Source: a bacterium
Lineage (GTDB): Bacteria; Patescibacteriota; Doudnabacteria; UBA920
Reading direction: 5' to 3'
DNA: 64,000 nucleotides
Assembly (NCBI GenBank): GCA_021825655.1
Contig: JAKAGU010000005.1
Span: 12,400 to 76,399, forward strand
Every line of letters starts with the position of its first letter. The first letter of the stretch is position 1. A program made the position numbers and the translations under genes. The notes beneath the pieces are model-generated. The model searched no databases, was not told where the DNA came from, and saw nothing but the letters and a program-made list of their open reading frames with translations. Of this stretch, positions 9,362-17,982 are shown one piece after another.

Positions 9362-10816
9362 TTAATTTTTCTGGCCCAGCAGCACCACCAGGTCGACTTT
9401 GTCTTTGTCGATTTTTATGCCGGGCGGCGGAGTGGTGACTTCCACGGCGTGCAGTTCGTTTTTTATAAATTCCGTGGTGGCGGGTTTGGGGTTGACCTGG
9501 TAGACCAGGTTTTCGGTTAGGGGCCCCTGGCTGTAGCCAACTTCCCAAACCGTCAGCCCCGCGCCTTTCAGCGTTTTAAAAACTTGGTTGTATTCGGTCT
9601 TGTCGCCTGTGCTGGTGCCAAGCCAGACCACGCTGCCTTCTTCTTTCAGCCGGCCCACGGTAAAACTGTTTTTAAAGTAATTTTGAATATCGCTTTCTGT
9701 TTTGCCCGGACAGGCGACCAGCACCCAGGCGCCGGTGCCCTCCATAATTTTTGGGCAAATCAGCCCGGTTTCTTCGTCCAGCGATGAACTGAGGAACTTC
9801 TGGATATTTTTTTCTTTCATCAGGCTGTAGAGGCGGAAAATTTCCCCGGGGTTGATGTTGGTGTGGAAGTGGTCGGCGAACGTGTTAAGCAGACTGTTGA
9901 TTTTACCTGAATCGGTTATGAGATTGAGGCTAAAGGCTTTGGTTTTGAAAGCTGAAATTACCTTTTGCTGCCGGAGGCTGCGGGCAAAATCCGAACCTTC
10001 ACCGTTGTTGCCGTGGCGGGAGCGGGCGAACTCCAAGGCAGTTTTGCCGTCCAAATGGGCCGGGCCTTGCTTAAAGGTAATAGGCGGCAGGTAGCCAATG
10101 CCTGAATCGGGGAACTGGGCGTCGGTAAAGGTGCGGTCCACGTTGACATCCACCCCGCCTAAGAGATCGATGGCTTTTTCAAATCCGGTGAAATCTATCA
10201 CGGCAAAATAAGGCAGTTTCAGTCCGGTCACTTTTTCCGTAGTTTGGGTCGCCCACTGGCCGGCTTCGTTGTAATCTTTGTGCAGGTTGTAGCCTTCTGC
10301 AAAGGCGGCGTTGATTTTCCGGTAGCCGAGATTATTAGGCAGTTCCACCAGGTAGTCGCGGGGCAGGGAGGTGAGCGTGGCTTCGCCGATGTCAGGCCGG
10401 ATTTGGGCGACAATCATGGTGTCGGTCAGGTAAGGACCGTCGTGGCCTTCGCCGCCAATACCCAACAGCAGGATGTTAATCTGGCCCAGGTCTTCGCCTA
10501 CCAGGGTGGTACCCCCGAAAGTGCCCCGGATGGCGAATTGGATTTTTTGCAGAAAGGAATACTTTTGGCCCACAAAGATTTTATCGGAAAGGTTCATGGC
10601 CTTGCTGACCACCAAGCCGCCTAAAATTAAAATCGCCAGCAGAATCGTGACGAAAAGAGTTTTAAAAACCCGGTGCCGTTTTTTCGGGGCAAGGCTGGGT
10701 TTTAACAGGCTGAGCTCGGGTGTGTTTGCCTGGGGCCGAAAGTCGGGCAGCCCAACCCGGCTGTTAATCTGCGGCGGGGTTGGCTTTTTCGGTTCTAGAG
10801 AGTCGATATTTTTCAT
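9362..10816 (-). CDS. LytR-CpsA-Psr (LCP) family cell-envelope protein, N-terminal TM
   Basis: LCP core (ILLLGIGGEGHDGPYLTDTMIVAQI...SLPRDYLVELPN...GYRKINAAFA) after a TM helix. Confidence 0.8.
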   Translation of the reverse strand: MKNIDSLEPKKPTPPQINSRVGLPDFRPQANTPELSLLKPSLAPKKRHRVFKTLFVTILLAILILGGLVVSKAMNLSDKIFVGQKYSFLQKIQFAIRGTFGGTTLVGEDLGQINILLLGIGGEGHDGPYLTDTMIVAQIRPDIGEATLTSLPRDYLVELPNNLGYRKINAAFAEGYNLHKDYNEAGQWATQTTEKVTGLKLPYFAVIDFTGFEKAIDLLGGVDVNVDRTFTDAQFPDSGIGYLPPITFKQGPAHLDGKTALEFARSRHGNNGEGSDFARSLRQQKVISAFKTKAFSLNLITDSGKINSLLNTFADHFHTNINPGEIFRLYSLMKEKNIQKFLSSSLDEETGLICPKIMEGTGAWVLVACPGKTESDIQNYFKNSFTVGRLKEEGSVVWLGTSTGDKTEYNQVFKTLKGAGLTVWEVGYSQGPLTENLVYQVNPKPATTEFIKNELHAVEVTTPPPGIKIDKDKVDLVVLLGQKN

Positions 10817-10875
10817 AAGTTTGCCCAGGTATTATAACCGAATTTGCGCCATAAGTTAAGCCGCCTGTTTTTCTC

Positions 10876-10904
10876 TTGCATTGCCGCCTCAAATCGTGTA
10901 TATT
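10876..10904 (+). promoter_or_regulatory. Putative promoter TTGCAT-17-TATATT upstream of the tRNA-Val leader
   Basis: Near-consensus hexamers with a 17-nt spacer, about 115 nt upstream of the tRNA. Confidence 0.45.
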
Positions 10905-11019
10905 TTACCCAGCATGCGGCGAATGCCGCGCAAAACAGGCGGTAAACCGCAAACCAAGAAGGTTTGTCCTGCTGCATCTTTTGGACAATTAGCTCAGGCT
11001 TACCCTGTTGCAAATGCCT

Positions 11020-11096
11020 GGACAATTAGCTCAGCTGGTTAGAGCGCGCCGTTCACATCGGCGAGGTCACTGGTTCGAATCCAGTATTGTCCACCA
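11020..11096 (+). tRNA. tRNA-Val (anticodon CAC), encoded CCA
   Basis: Cloverleaf: acceptor GGACAAT/ATTGTCC, anticodon stem CGCCG/CGGCG with loop TTCACAT, T-arm GGTTCGAATCC, 3' ACCA. Confidence 0.9.
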
Positions 11097-11189
11097 TTTG
11101 CAACAGGGTGAAGTTAGAGCCCGCCGCCTTTTCTTGACTCTGCCCGGGAAATCCGTAGAATAATCCTACACAAGACTAAACCGCCATTT

Positions 11190-11792
11190 ATGCCCGAGGA
11201 AACAAACAATCAGGAAAACCAAAATCAGAGCCCTGTCGCATCGTTTGGTTTATTTTTATGGGATTTGGTCAAAATTTTTCTTTTGGCCATGATTATTATC
11301 CTGCCGGTCAGGACTTTTTTAGCTGAACCGTTTATGGTTTCCGGCTCTTCCATGATCCCGAATTTCCATGACAAGGACTATTTAATTGTGGACCGCCTGT
11401 CTTACCGGATACATAATCCCCAAAGAGGCGATGTGATTGTGCTTAAGTTTCCCAAAGACACGACCCAATACTTTATTAAGCGTATAATCGGCCTTCCGGG
11501 CGAAACTGTAATTTGCGAACAGGGCCGGGTGGCGGTGGAGGCGTCTGGAGAAGCCGCGCCGCAAATACTGGCTGAAACCTACCTGCCCAGCACCGCACTC
11601 ACCCAAAACTGCAAACCCAAGCAGGTTTTAGGCAGTGACGAGTATTTCGTGCTTGGCGACAACCGCATGGCCAGCAGCGATTCCCGGGTCTGGGGGATTC
11701 TACCCAAAGATGATATTGTCGGCCGGGTTTGGCTCCGAATTTTTCCTTTCCATGACTTTGGGTTTATGGCGACACCGAGTTACGCCCAGTAG
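11190..11792 (+). CDS. lepB: signal peptidase I
   Basis: N-terminal TM, catalytic Ser region (VSGSSMIPNF), KRIIGLPGE and GDNRMASSDSR boxes. Confidence 0.85.
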   Translation: MPEETNNQENQNQSPVASFGLFLWDLVKIFLLAMIIILPVRTFLAEPFMVSGSSMIPNFHDKDYLIVDRLSYRIHNPQRGDVIVLKFPKDTTQYFIKRIIGLPGETVICEQGRVAVEASGEAAPQILAETYLPSTALTQNCKPKQVLGSDEYFVLGDNRMASSDSRVWGILPKDDIVGRVWLRIFPFHDFGFMATPSYAQ

Positions 11793-11840
11793 CCTTCAGC
11801 GCTTTCTTTTTTAGTCTAAGCATTCAGCTTTTCCATTACC

Positions 11841-13136
11841 ATGGGTCGTCCAAAAAAGAACCCGACCGCCTCAGGCGGTTATGTGTCCAAAAAAATCCAG
11901 AGCCTGCCGGGCTCTACGGATATTATTACCTCCGCCGATGCGCTGTGGGATATTTTGCTGAAGCGTTTGTCCAGGACCGCCCGGGCGTACGGCTTTAACC
12001 GGGTGGAATCGCCGCTTTTGGAAGAGTCGCGCCTGTTTGAAAGCGCGGGCGCTTTTAACCCCGGGCAGGCAGTGGCCATTTCGGACCAAGCTTATGGCCG
12101 GCCGGTTGTGCTCCGGCCCGCGTTGTTGCCGTCAGTGCTCCGCGCCTATGTCCAGCAAAAAATTTACGAAACTTCTCCTGTCAGCAAATGGTGGTACAGC
12201 GGCTTTACCGTAGCCCAGAAAGAAAAAAGCCAGGCCGCATCGGATTTTAATTTTGGTTTTGAGGTGTTCGGCACGTTTACCCACTTAACCGAAGCCCAGC
12301 TGATTTCCGGCGTCTGGGAGCTGTTCCAGTCTTTGGGGCTCAAGGATTTGGCTTTGGAAATCAACAGTATCGGGGAAGAGGCTTGCCAGCGGGTTTACGA
12401 AGAGGCCTTGGCCGGATACCTGAGCGGCAAAAAATATGAGCTGTGCGACGCCTGCAGCGAGCACTTGAAAGGCAGGGTGTTGAACGTGTTGCGCTGTGAA
12501 AATTTGGACTGCCAGGCTTTGACAGCCGAAGCCCCGACCATTTTGGACTATTTGGATCCGAAAAGCCATAAGCATTTTACCAACATCCTCGAAGCTTTGG
12601 ATGAAATGGGGATTCCTTACCAGCTTAACCACCTGTACAGCGGACCCGAGGGCCACAGCCGCACTAATTTTGTGATAAAGCAAAAAACCAAAACAGGCAG
12701 CCTGGTGCTGGGCGAAGGCGGTTACCATGACGGCGTAATTCAGAACATTTGCGGGAAAAATTTTTGTTCTTTTGGTTTTTACGGCAGCCTGCAGAAAGTT
12801 TACGACCTGCTGACGGCCAGCCGGGTGACGGTTTCCCGCGAGCAGTCCAGCGAAGTTTTTCTGGTGCCTTTGGGCGAACTGGCTTCCAAAAAGGCCCTGC
12901 GGCTGTTCAGGGATTTGATCAGCAGCAAAATTTCTGTTTACGACCATTTTGGCGACGCGGGTGTAAAGAACCAGCTCAAAGCGGCCCAAACCTTCAAAGC
13001 CCCCATTGCCTTGATTATGGGGCAGAAGGAAGCTATGGATGAAATGGTGATTTTGAGGGATGTAAAATCCGGCATGCAGGAAGTTATTTCTTATGATAAA
13101 ATAGTGGAAGAAGTGAAAAAGCGCCTAGGCAAGTAA
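11841..13136 (+). CDS. histidyl-tRNA synthetase-like class II aaRS paralog with apparently degenerate catalytic motifs
   Basis: HisRS-like architecture: catalytic core, insertion domain (EINSIGEEACQ) and a C-terminal anticodon-binding domain. Conserved motifs read LRPALLPSV instead of LRPEGTA, there is no Arg-rich motif 2, and motif 3 reads GGYHDG instead of GGRYDG. Confidence 0.6.
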   Translation: MGRPKKNPTASGGYVSKKIQSLPGSTDIITSADALWDILLKRLSRTARAYGFNRVESPLLEESRLFESAGAFNPGQAVAISDQAYGRPVVLRPALLPSVLRAYVQQKIYETSPVSKWWYSGFTVAQKEKSQAASDFNFGFEVFGTFTHLTEAQLISGVWELFQSLGLKDLALEINSIGEEACQRVYEEALAGYLSGKKYELCDACSEHLKGRVLNVLRCENLDCQALTAEAPTILDYLDPKSHKHFTNILEALDEMGIPYQLNHLYSGPEGHSRTNFVIKQKTKTGSLVLGEGGYHDGVIQNICGKNFCSFGFYGSLQKVYDLLTASRVTVSREQSSEVFLVPLGELASKKALRLFRDLISSKISVYDHFGDAGVKNQLKAAQTFKAPIALIMGQKEAMDEMVILRDVKSGMQEVISYDKIVEEVKKRLGK

Positions 13137-13150
13137 TTAACGGAACAAAT

Positions 13151-13486
13151 ATGGAAGATTGCGTATTTTGCAGCATCGTCAATAAAACTTTGGAAAAGGA
13201 ATTGCTTTACGAAGACGACAAGGTGGTTGTTTTCAAAGACATCCTGCCTAAAGCGCCCGTGCATTTGCTCATTGTCAGCAAGGACCATATTGTATCCATT
13301 AACCACATTGCGGACACGCAGGAGAATTTGGCCGGGCATATGGTTAACGTAGCCAGAAAAATGGCTTTAAAGTACGGGGTTTACGAAAGCGGTTACCGGC
13401 TTATTTTTAATGTGGGCCGGGACGGCGGCCAGGTTATTCCCCATCTGCATCTGCATTTGCTCGGTGGTAAAACCTTGGAAGCCTAA
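13151..13486 (+). CDS. HIT-family nucleotide hydrolase
   Basis: Histidine-triad HLHLHLLGG near the C-terminus. Confidence 0.85.
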   Translation: MEDCVFCSIVNKTLEKELLYEDDKVVVFKDILPKAPVHLLIVSKDHIVSINHIADTQENLAGHMVNVARKMALKYGVYESGYRLIFNVGRDGGQVIPHLHLHLLGGKTLEA

Positions 13487-13664
13487 AATGAGAAAATTGC
13501 CGCCCCGCTGTTTAAAGCGGGGCGGTTTTTTATGCCTTCGGGGCAGGGTGTTGCCAGCTTTATCATTCGGGCTGGCAGCCTTTTCGGCTTAGGTTTGACC
13601 AAAGCCCAAAATTTCTGTATAGTATTGGTATCTGTTAACGAGAAAGGAGAGTGAGTTTTTCAAC

Positions 13665-13898
13665 ATGGTAGAAGTCAAACGCAAAGATAATGAATCATTT
13701 GAGAGTTTGCTGAGGCGTTTCAACCGCAAAATCCAACAGAGCGGCGTGCTTATTCGCGCCCGCAAAACTCGTTTTTTTGAATCTCCCAAGTCCCGCAATT
13801 TGCAAAAAGTTGCCGCCAGAAGGCGCTCGCAAATCCGCAGCGAAAAGGAAGAACAGAAAAAAATGATGCGCCCGGTCAAGAAATTCGGCCGCAGATAA
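13665..13898 (+). CDS. rpsU: 30S ribosomal protein S21
   Basis: MVEVKRKDNESFESLLRRFNRK... basic 77-aa protein matching S21. Confidence 0.9.
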   Translation: MVEVKRKDNESFESLLRRFNRKIQQSGVLIRARKTRFFESPKSRNLQKVAARRRSQIRSEKEEQKKMMRPVKKFGRR

Positions 13899-13979
13899 AT
13901 ATGACTCATGACAGATAACTTATTCTCTTAAAGAGGGGATATAAGTTATCCAATTATTAGTCATAATTCGGAAATAAAA

Positions 13980-14420
13980 ATGCTTTCGCTATCACAAATT
14001 GAAACAGACCTGGTGGCGGCTATCAAATCCAAGCAGCAGGCGCTGGTAGAGACCCTGCGGGGGCTTAAAACACGCATCCAAAACGAGCAGATTGCCAAAA
14101 TGAAGGAATTGGCTGAGGCTGATATTGTGGCTTTGGTAAAGTCGGAGGTGAAAAGGCGCAAAGAAGCTGCGGAAACTTACGTTTCCGGCGGCCGGGCTGA
14201 ATTGGCGGAAAAAGAGCTGATGGAAGCCGGGTTTTTGGAAAAATATTTGCCGCCCCAGATGAGCGAGTCCCAGATTGCGGAAATGGCGGAAAAAATTATT
14301 GCGGAAAAAGGTTTTACGGCTGCGGATTTTGGCAAGGCCATGGGGCAGCTTAAGGCCCAGGCCGGACAGAACGCGGACGGTTCCTTGCTTGCCAAGGTCC
14401 TAAAAGAGCAACTAAAGTAA
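13980..14420 (+). CDS. GatB/YqeY-domain protein
   Basis: Typical YqeY helical domain; rpsU-yqeY linkage is common. Confidence 0.8.
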   Translation: MLSLSQIETDLVAAIKSKQQALVETLRGLKTRIQNEQIAKMKELAEADIVALVKSEVKRRKEAAETYVSGGRAELAEKELMEAGFLEKYLPPQMSESQIAEMAEKIIAEKGFTAADFGKAMGQLKAQAGQNADGSLLAKVLKEQLK

Positions 14421-14440
14421 TTTCAGCTAGGTTATTTTTC

Positions 14441-15691
14441 ATGCCAAAAGAACACTACATTGTCGGTTTGGACGTAGGCACTTATGCGGTGCGGGCGGTC
14501 CAGGCCAAATATAACCCTGAAAAAAATGAATTCAGCGTAATTGGCGCCTCGGAAGTGGAGTCCCGCGGCGTGCGGCGCGGCGTCATCGTGGACATAGAAG
14601 AAGCCGTTTCTTGCATTTCCAAAACTTTGGAGCGCTTGGAGCGCATGACGGGCGTGCCCGTGTCCGCGGCTAACGTTTCGGTTTCCGGCGGGCACGTGTC
14701 CGCTTTGCAGTCCCACGGCGTGATTGCGGTTTCCCGGGCTGACGGCGAAATTTCAGAGGCCGATGTGGTGCGCTGCATTGACGCCAGCCAGGCCATCTCC
14801 ATCCCGCAGAACCGCGAGGTGCTCCACGTCTTTCCCAAGACTTTCACTTTGGACGGCCAGACCGGCATCCGCGACCCGCTTGGCATGAGCGGCATCCGTC
14901 TGGAAGTGGACAGCGTGATTGTCCAGGCCGGTTTGCCTTTTGTAAAAAATCTGACCAAAGCGGTCATGCAGGCGGGTTTGGAGATTGAAGACCTGGTTCT
15001 GGCGCCCTTAGGCGCCAGCGAAGCCGTGCTTTCCAAGCGCCAGAAAGATTTGGGAGTGTGCCTGGTGGATTTGGGTGCGGGTACGACCAGTATGGCCGTA
15101 TTTGAAGAAAGCGACCTTGTCCATACCGTGGTTTTGCCAGTGGGCAGCCAGCATATTACCAACGATATTGCCATTGGCCTCCGGTGCAGCATCGAGACCG
15201 CGGAGCGCGTGAAATTGGATTATGGCCATTCGGACCCGAAAGCTATTGCCCGGGACGAGGAGATAGATTTGTCCAAAATAGACCCAGGCGAAGAGCAGAA
15301 CACGACGCGCAATTACGTGGTCGAAATCATTGAAGCCCGCTTGGAAGAAATTTTTAACATGGTGAATGCGGAATTGAAAAAAATTTCCCGCGACGGCAAA
15401 CTGCCGGCCGGTATTGTGCTGACAGGCGGGGGAGCTAACTTGCCGGGCGTAGCGGATTTTGCCAAGAAGCATTTGCGTTTGCCAGTGACTATCGGCAAGC
15501 TCCAGAACATTTCAACCATTATTGACCGGGTGCAGGATCCGAGCTTTGCCACGGTTTCCGGTCTGGCCCTGTGGGGCGAAGAGTTTGGGCATGGCGGGGG
15601 CGGCGATTCCTTGTCCTCGGTCCTGAATAAATTTTTAAAACACCCCAAAGCGGAAAAGGTGAAGAGTTGGTTTAAATCTTTCCTGCCCTAG
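14441..15691 (+). CDS. ftsA: cell division protein FtsA
   Basis: Actin-fold ATPase (IVGLDVGTYAVRAV..., DLGAGTTSMAVF..., VLTGGGANLPGV) with a C-terminal amphipathic tail. Confidence 0.9.
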   Translation: MPKEHYIVGLDVGTYAVRAVQAKYNPEKNEFSVIGASEVESRGVRRGVIVDIEEAVSCISKTLERLERMTGVPVSAANVSVSGGHVSALQSHGVIAVSRADGEISEADVVRCIDASQAISIPQNREVLHVFPKTFTLDGQTGIRDPLGMSGIRLEVDSVIVQAGLPFVKNLTKAVMQAGLEIEDLVLAPLGASEAVLSKRQKDLGVCLVDLGAGTTSMAVFEESDLVHTVVLPVGSQHITNDIAIGLRCSIETAERVKLDYGHSDPKAIARDEEIDLSKIDPGEEQNTTRNYVVEIIEARLEEIFNMVNAELKKISRDGKLPAGIVLTGGGANLPGVADFAKKHLRLPVTIGKLQNISTIIDRVQDPSFATVSGLALWGEEFGHGGGGDSLSSVLNKFLKHPKAEKVKSWFKSFLP

Positions 15692-15703
15692 TAAATTAAA
15701 GTT

Positions 15704-15733
15704 AAAAAAACCCTCAATTTGAGGGTTTTTTTA
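15704..15733. terminator. intrinsic terminator after ftsA
   Basis: AAAAAAACCCTCAAATTTGAGGGTTTTTTTAAT hairpin with a T-run. Confidence 0.65.
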
Positions 15734-15806
15734 ATGCCATACCGCCCGAATTATAAGTAGTTATGTGAAAACTTGTTTTAAATAAGGGTAAAATTAGGCA
15801 GGACTA

Positions 15807-15835
15807 TTGACAATTGGCCATTTTTTTGCTATAAT
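15807..15835 (+). promoter_or_regulatory. consensus sigma70 promoter TTGACA-17-TATAAT for the GC-rich gene downstream
   Basis: Perfect hexamers with a 17-nt spacer; the ~260-nt leader contains hairpins (AGGTGTCCT...AGGACACCT; CAGAGGTCCTCTG plus a T-run). Confidence 0.6.
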
Positions 15836-15911
15836 AGTGGGTCAAAATTATCAGTGTATTTATGCCGGTAATTTTGGCCAATTGTACCTTTTTATTCCGT
15901 AGGAGGAATAA

Positions 15912-16040
15912 GTGCTACTTAATTTAGAGGTGTCCTTTGCGACAAGCAGGCGATTTTTCGTCTTTTTGTGGCAGAGGACACCTACGTGTGTTCCGAAGCC
16001 GCGCAGAGGTCCTCTGGCGATTTTTTCTGGGAGCGTTTAA
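15912..16040 (+). CDS. possible 42-aa leader peptide/uORF (GTG start) in the 5' leader
   Basis: Strong AGGAGG Shine-Dalgarno 5 nt upstream of GTG; the ORF spans both leader hairpins. It is below the ORF-track length cutoff. Confidence 0.25.
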   Translation: MLLNLEVSFATSRRFFVFLWQRTPTCVPKPRRGPLAIFSGSV

Positions 16041-16095
16041 CAGCGTTTCCAAAACCGGAATGTAGTTTAGACACAGACTCCATGGAGATGATTCG

Positions 16096-17400
16096 ATGAA
16101 ACGATTGACCCTGATGTTCGCCTTCGTGCTGGCGCTGGCCATCACGTTTTCTCACTCGGCTCTCGCGCAGTTTGGCGGAGCCGAAAACCCGGGGATCCAG
16201 GCCCAGGCAGATGCGGCACAGGCGAAAGCCGATGCCGCGGCTGCCAAGAAGCAGGCCGACGATCTCAAGAAAGAAGTGGACACGCTCAAGAAGGGCGGCG
16301 GCCTCACATCCGACAACACGTGGATGTGGTGGTTGCTGCTGCTGATTCCGATCGGTCTCGGGGCATGGTGGTTCTTTTTCCGTAATCGTGGAGAGGGGCA
16401 ACCGCCTATCGTTCCCGAACCGGCTGCGCCTGCGGAACCCGAGAATCCGAACCCGCCCGCTCCCGACAACGGTGGTGGCGAACCCCCGGCTCCTCCGGCG
16501 CCCGCACCGCAACCCGAACCGGCTGCGCCTGCGGAACCCGAGAATCCGAACCCGCCCGCTCCCGCTCCTAACCGCAACCCGAACCCGGCACCCATTCTGG
16601 ACGACGCAGCCAAAAGCAGGCTGAGGCAGACACTTCCGGTGATTGCTTTCGTGTTGCTTTTCAGTGGTCTCGCTTCTTCCGTCCGCGCCGCGAACTGCTT
16701 CAACACCGCGGCCCCGGTCGGCGGCGCCTCTCCGGTGCCGATCGCTATTGTGAAGGAATCCAACACCCTTCGCTGCAACAACTCCAGCCCTCTCACCGTG
16801 TTTGACGAGAGCGGCCGGGCAGTTGCCACGGGGACGCGGACTATCACCTTCACTCCCACAACCTCCGGCCGTTACCATATCCGCGCAGGCAGGGTCACCA
16901 TCAGTCCGCTGGTGGTCACGGACCGCTACGGCGCGTTCCTGATCAACGGCTCTGTGGATCTGTCCCGCGGTTCGGTCTCTTCGGCTGACGCCACGGCGCG
17001 CACTCAGGCCAAGCAGGCTGATGTCAAGGCCAACGCGGCAATGAGCCGGGTGACCACTACCGAGAAGTCGGTGGGGACGCTCAGTGACCAGATCAAGGCC
17101 ATCGCCGCCGCGCACGACCGACTGGAGGAGCGCGTCTCCGCTCTGGAAAGCCGGCCGGCCCCCCGGGTCGACCTGGCTCCTTTGGAGCAGCGCGTGGCCA
17201 CGCTCGAAGCCGAGCTGGCGCGAGTGAAGGCCACGGCCAACACTGCGCTCAGTACCGCGCAACAGGCAGATGCCAAGGCTACCGATGCCAACACCCGGTA
17301 TGAAGAGATGGGCCTTGCCCGGTTTAAGACCGGCCTGTTCCGTTCCAAAACCGTGGTTGAGGCCGTCGAAGACGCCAAAGCCAAAGCCAGCAAACAGTAG
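16096..17400 (+). CDS. secreted/membrane protein with a signal peptide, TM helix, proline-rich tandem repeats and C-terminal coiled coil; GC-rich
   Basis: Signal peptide MKRLTLMFAFVLALAITFSHSALA, TM WMWWLLLLIPIGLGAWWFFF, duplicated EPAAPAEPENPNPPAP module, Ala/Glu/Arg-rich heptad C-terminus. The region 15982-17496 is visibly GC-rich (about 60-65% by eye) against ~45-50% flanks. Confidence 0.7.
   Translation: MKRLTLMFAFVLALAITFSHSALAQFGGAENPGIQAQADAAQAKADAAAAKKQADDLKKEVDTLKKGGGLTSDNTWMWWLLLLIPIGLGAWWFFFRNRGEGQPPIVPEPAAPAEPENPNPPAPDNGGGEPPAPPAPAPQPEPAAPAEPENPNPPAPAPNRNPNPAPILDDAAKSRLRQTLPVIAFVLLFSGLASSVRAANCFNTAAPVGGASPVPIAIVKESNTLRCNNSSPLTVFDESGRAVATGTRTITFTPTTSGRYHIRAGRVTISPLVVTDRYGAFLINGSVDLSRGSVSSADATARTQAKQADVKANAAMSRVTTTEKSVGTLSDQIKAIAAAHDRLEERVSALESRPAPRVDLAPLEQRVATLEAELARVKATANTALSTAQQADAKATDANTRYEEMGLARFKTGLFRSKTVVEAVEDAKAKASKQ
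16417..16564 (+). repeat. Two identical 49-nt direct repeats (16417-16465 and 16516-16564), period 99 nt, in frame
   Basis: GAACCGGCTGCGCCTGCGGAACCCGAGAATCCGAACCCGCCCGCTCCCG occurs twice and encodes the duplicated Pro-rich module. Confidence 0.8.
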
Positions 17401-17522
17401 CACTACAATCGCCGTTCCCCGCACGCCTGTAAAAAGGCCGGCGGGGGACACACACTCGAAAAAAGGGCCGGCCTCACAGCTTGCCCTTTTTTCCATGCCT
17501 GTTTTTTATTTTGGTCAACCGA

Positions 17523-17536
17523 GTCACATATGTGAC
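17523..17536. promoter_or_regulatory. perfect 14-bp palindrome GTCACATATGTGAC upstream of the small-protein/giant-protein operon
   Basis: Exact inverted repeat about 75 nt upstream of an extended -10 element (TGCTATAAT at ~17608-17616). Confidence 0.35.
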
Positions 17537-17658
17537 AAAAGTGCTGATTTTAATTGGATTTTGGCAGGCAAAAGAAGTGAGTTGTTTTTTTAAAAATGAA
17601 CCGTTTATGCTATAATTAATTTAAATTAAGCCAAAAATTAAGCATTGGAAACAAAAAT

Positions 17659-17982
17659 ATGAACCCTTCATTAACCTCCGCACAATATGTTGAAGATTTT
17701 TTGCAGGCGTTGTTAACCGAAGCTGGTATGGACACGGTTTCGGCTGAAGTCAAAGAACAGATGCTGACGGACTTAAGGGCCCGTTTGCAGGACCGGCTGT
17801 TCGGTACCATTGTTATGAATTTGAGCGACGGCAAGCTTACCGAATTCCGCGAATTGGTGGACAACGGCGGCTCGCAGGACGAGTTGGAAAAATTTGTGGA
17901 TGCCAATGTACCCAATTCGGCTGAAGTGTTTGCCCAGGCCATGATGACTTTTCGTAGCGATTATTTAGGCTTACAGGAATAA
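17659..17982 (+). CDS. small acidic helical protein (107 aa), first gene of the giant-protein operon
   Basis: D/E-rich, no TM; lies 26 nt upstream of the giant ORF. Confidence 0.6.
   Translation: MNPSLTSAQYVEDFLQALLTEAGMDTVSAEVKEQMLTDLRARLQDRLFGTIVMNLSDGKLTEFRELVDNGGSQDELEKFVDANVPNSAEVFAQAMMTFRSDYLGLQE

Noticed and set aside
12285-12989. 234-aa minus-strand ORF inside the HisRS-like gene
   Set aside because: Antisense shadow; no independent signals.
15982-17496. 504-aa minus-strand ORF (and 16152-16859 minus, 235 aa) overlapping the GC-rich gene
   Set aside because: Arg/Gly/Ala-rich low-complexity translation with no start context, typical of shadow ORFs on the antisense strand of GC-rich coding DNA. 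The plus-strand ORF has a signal peptide, a promoter and a terminator.
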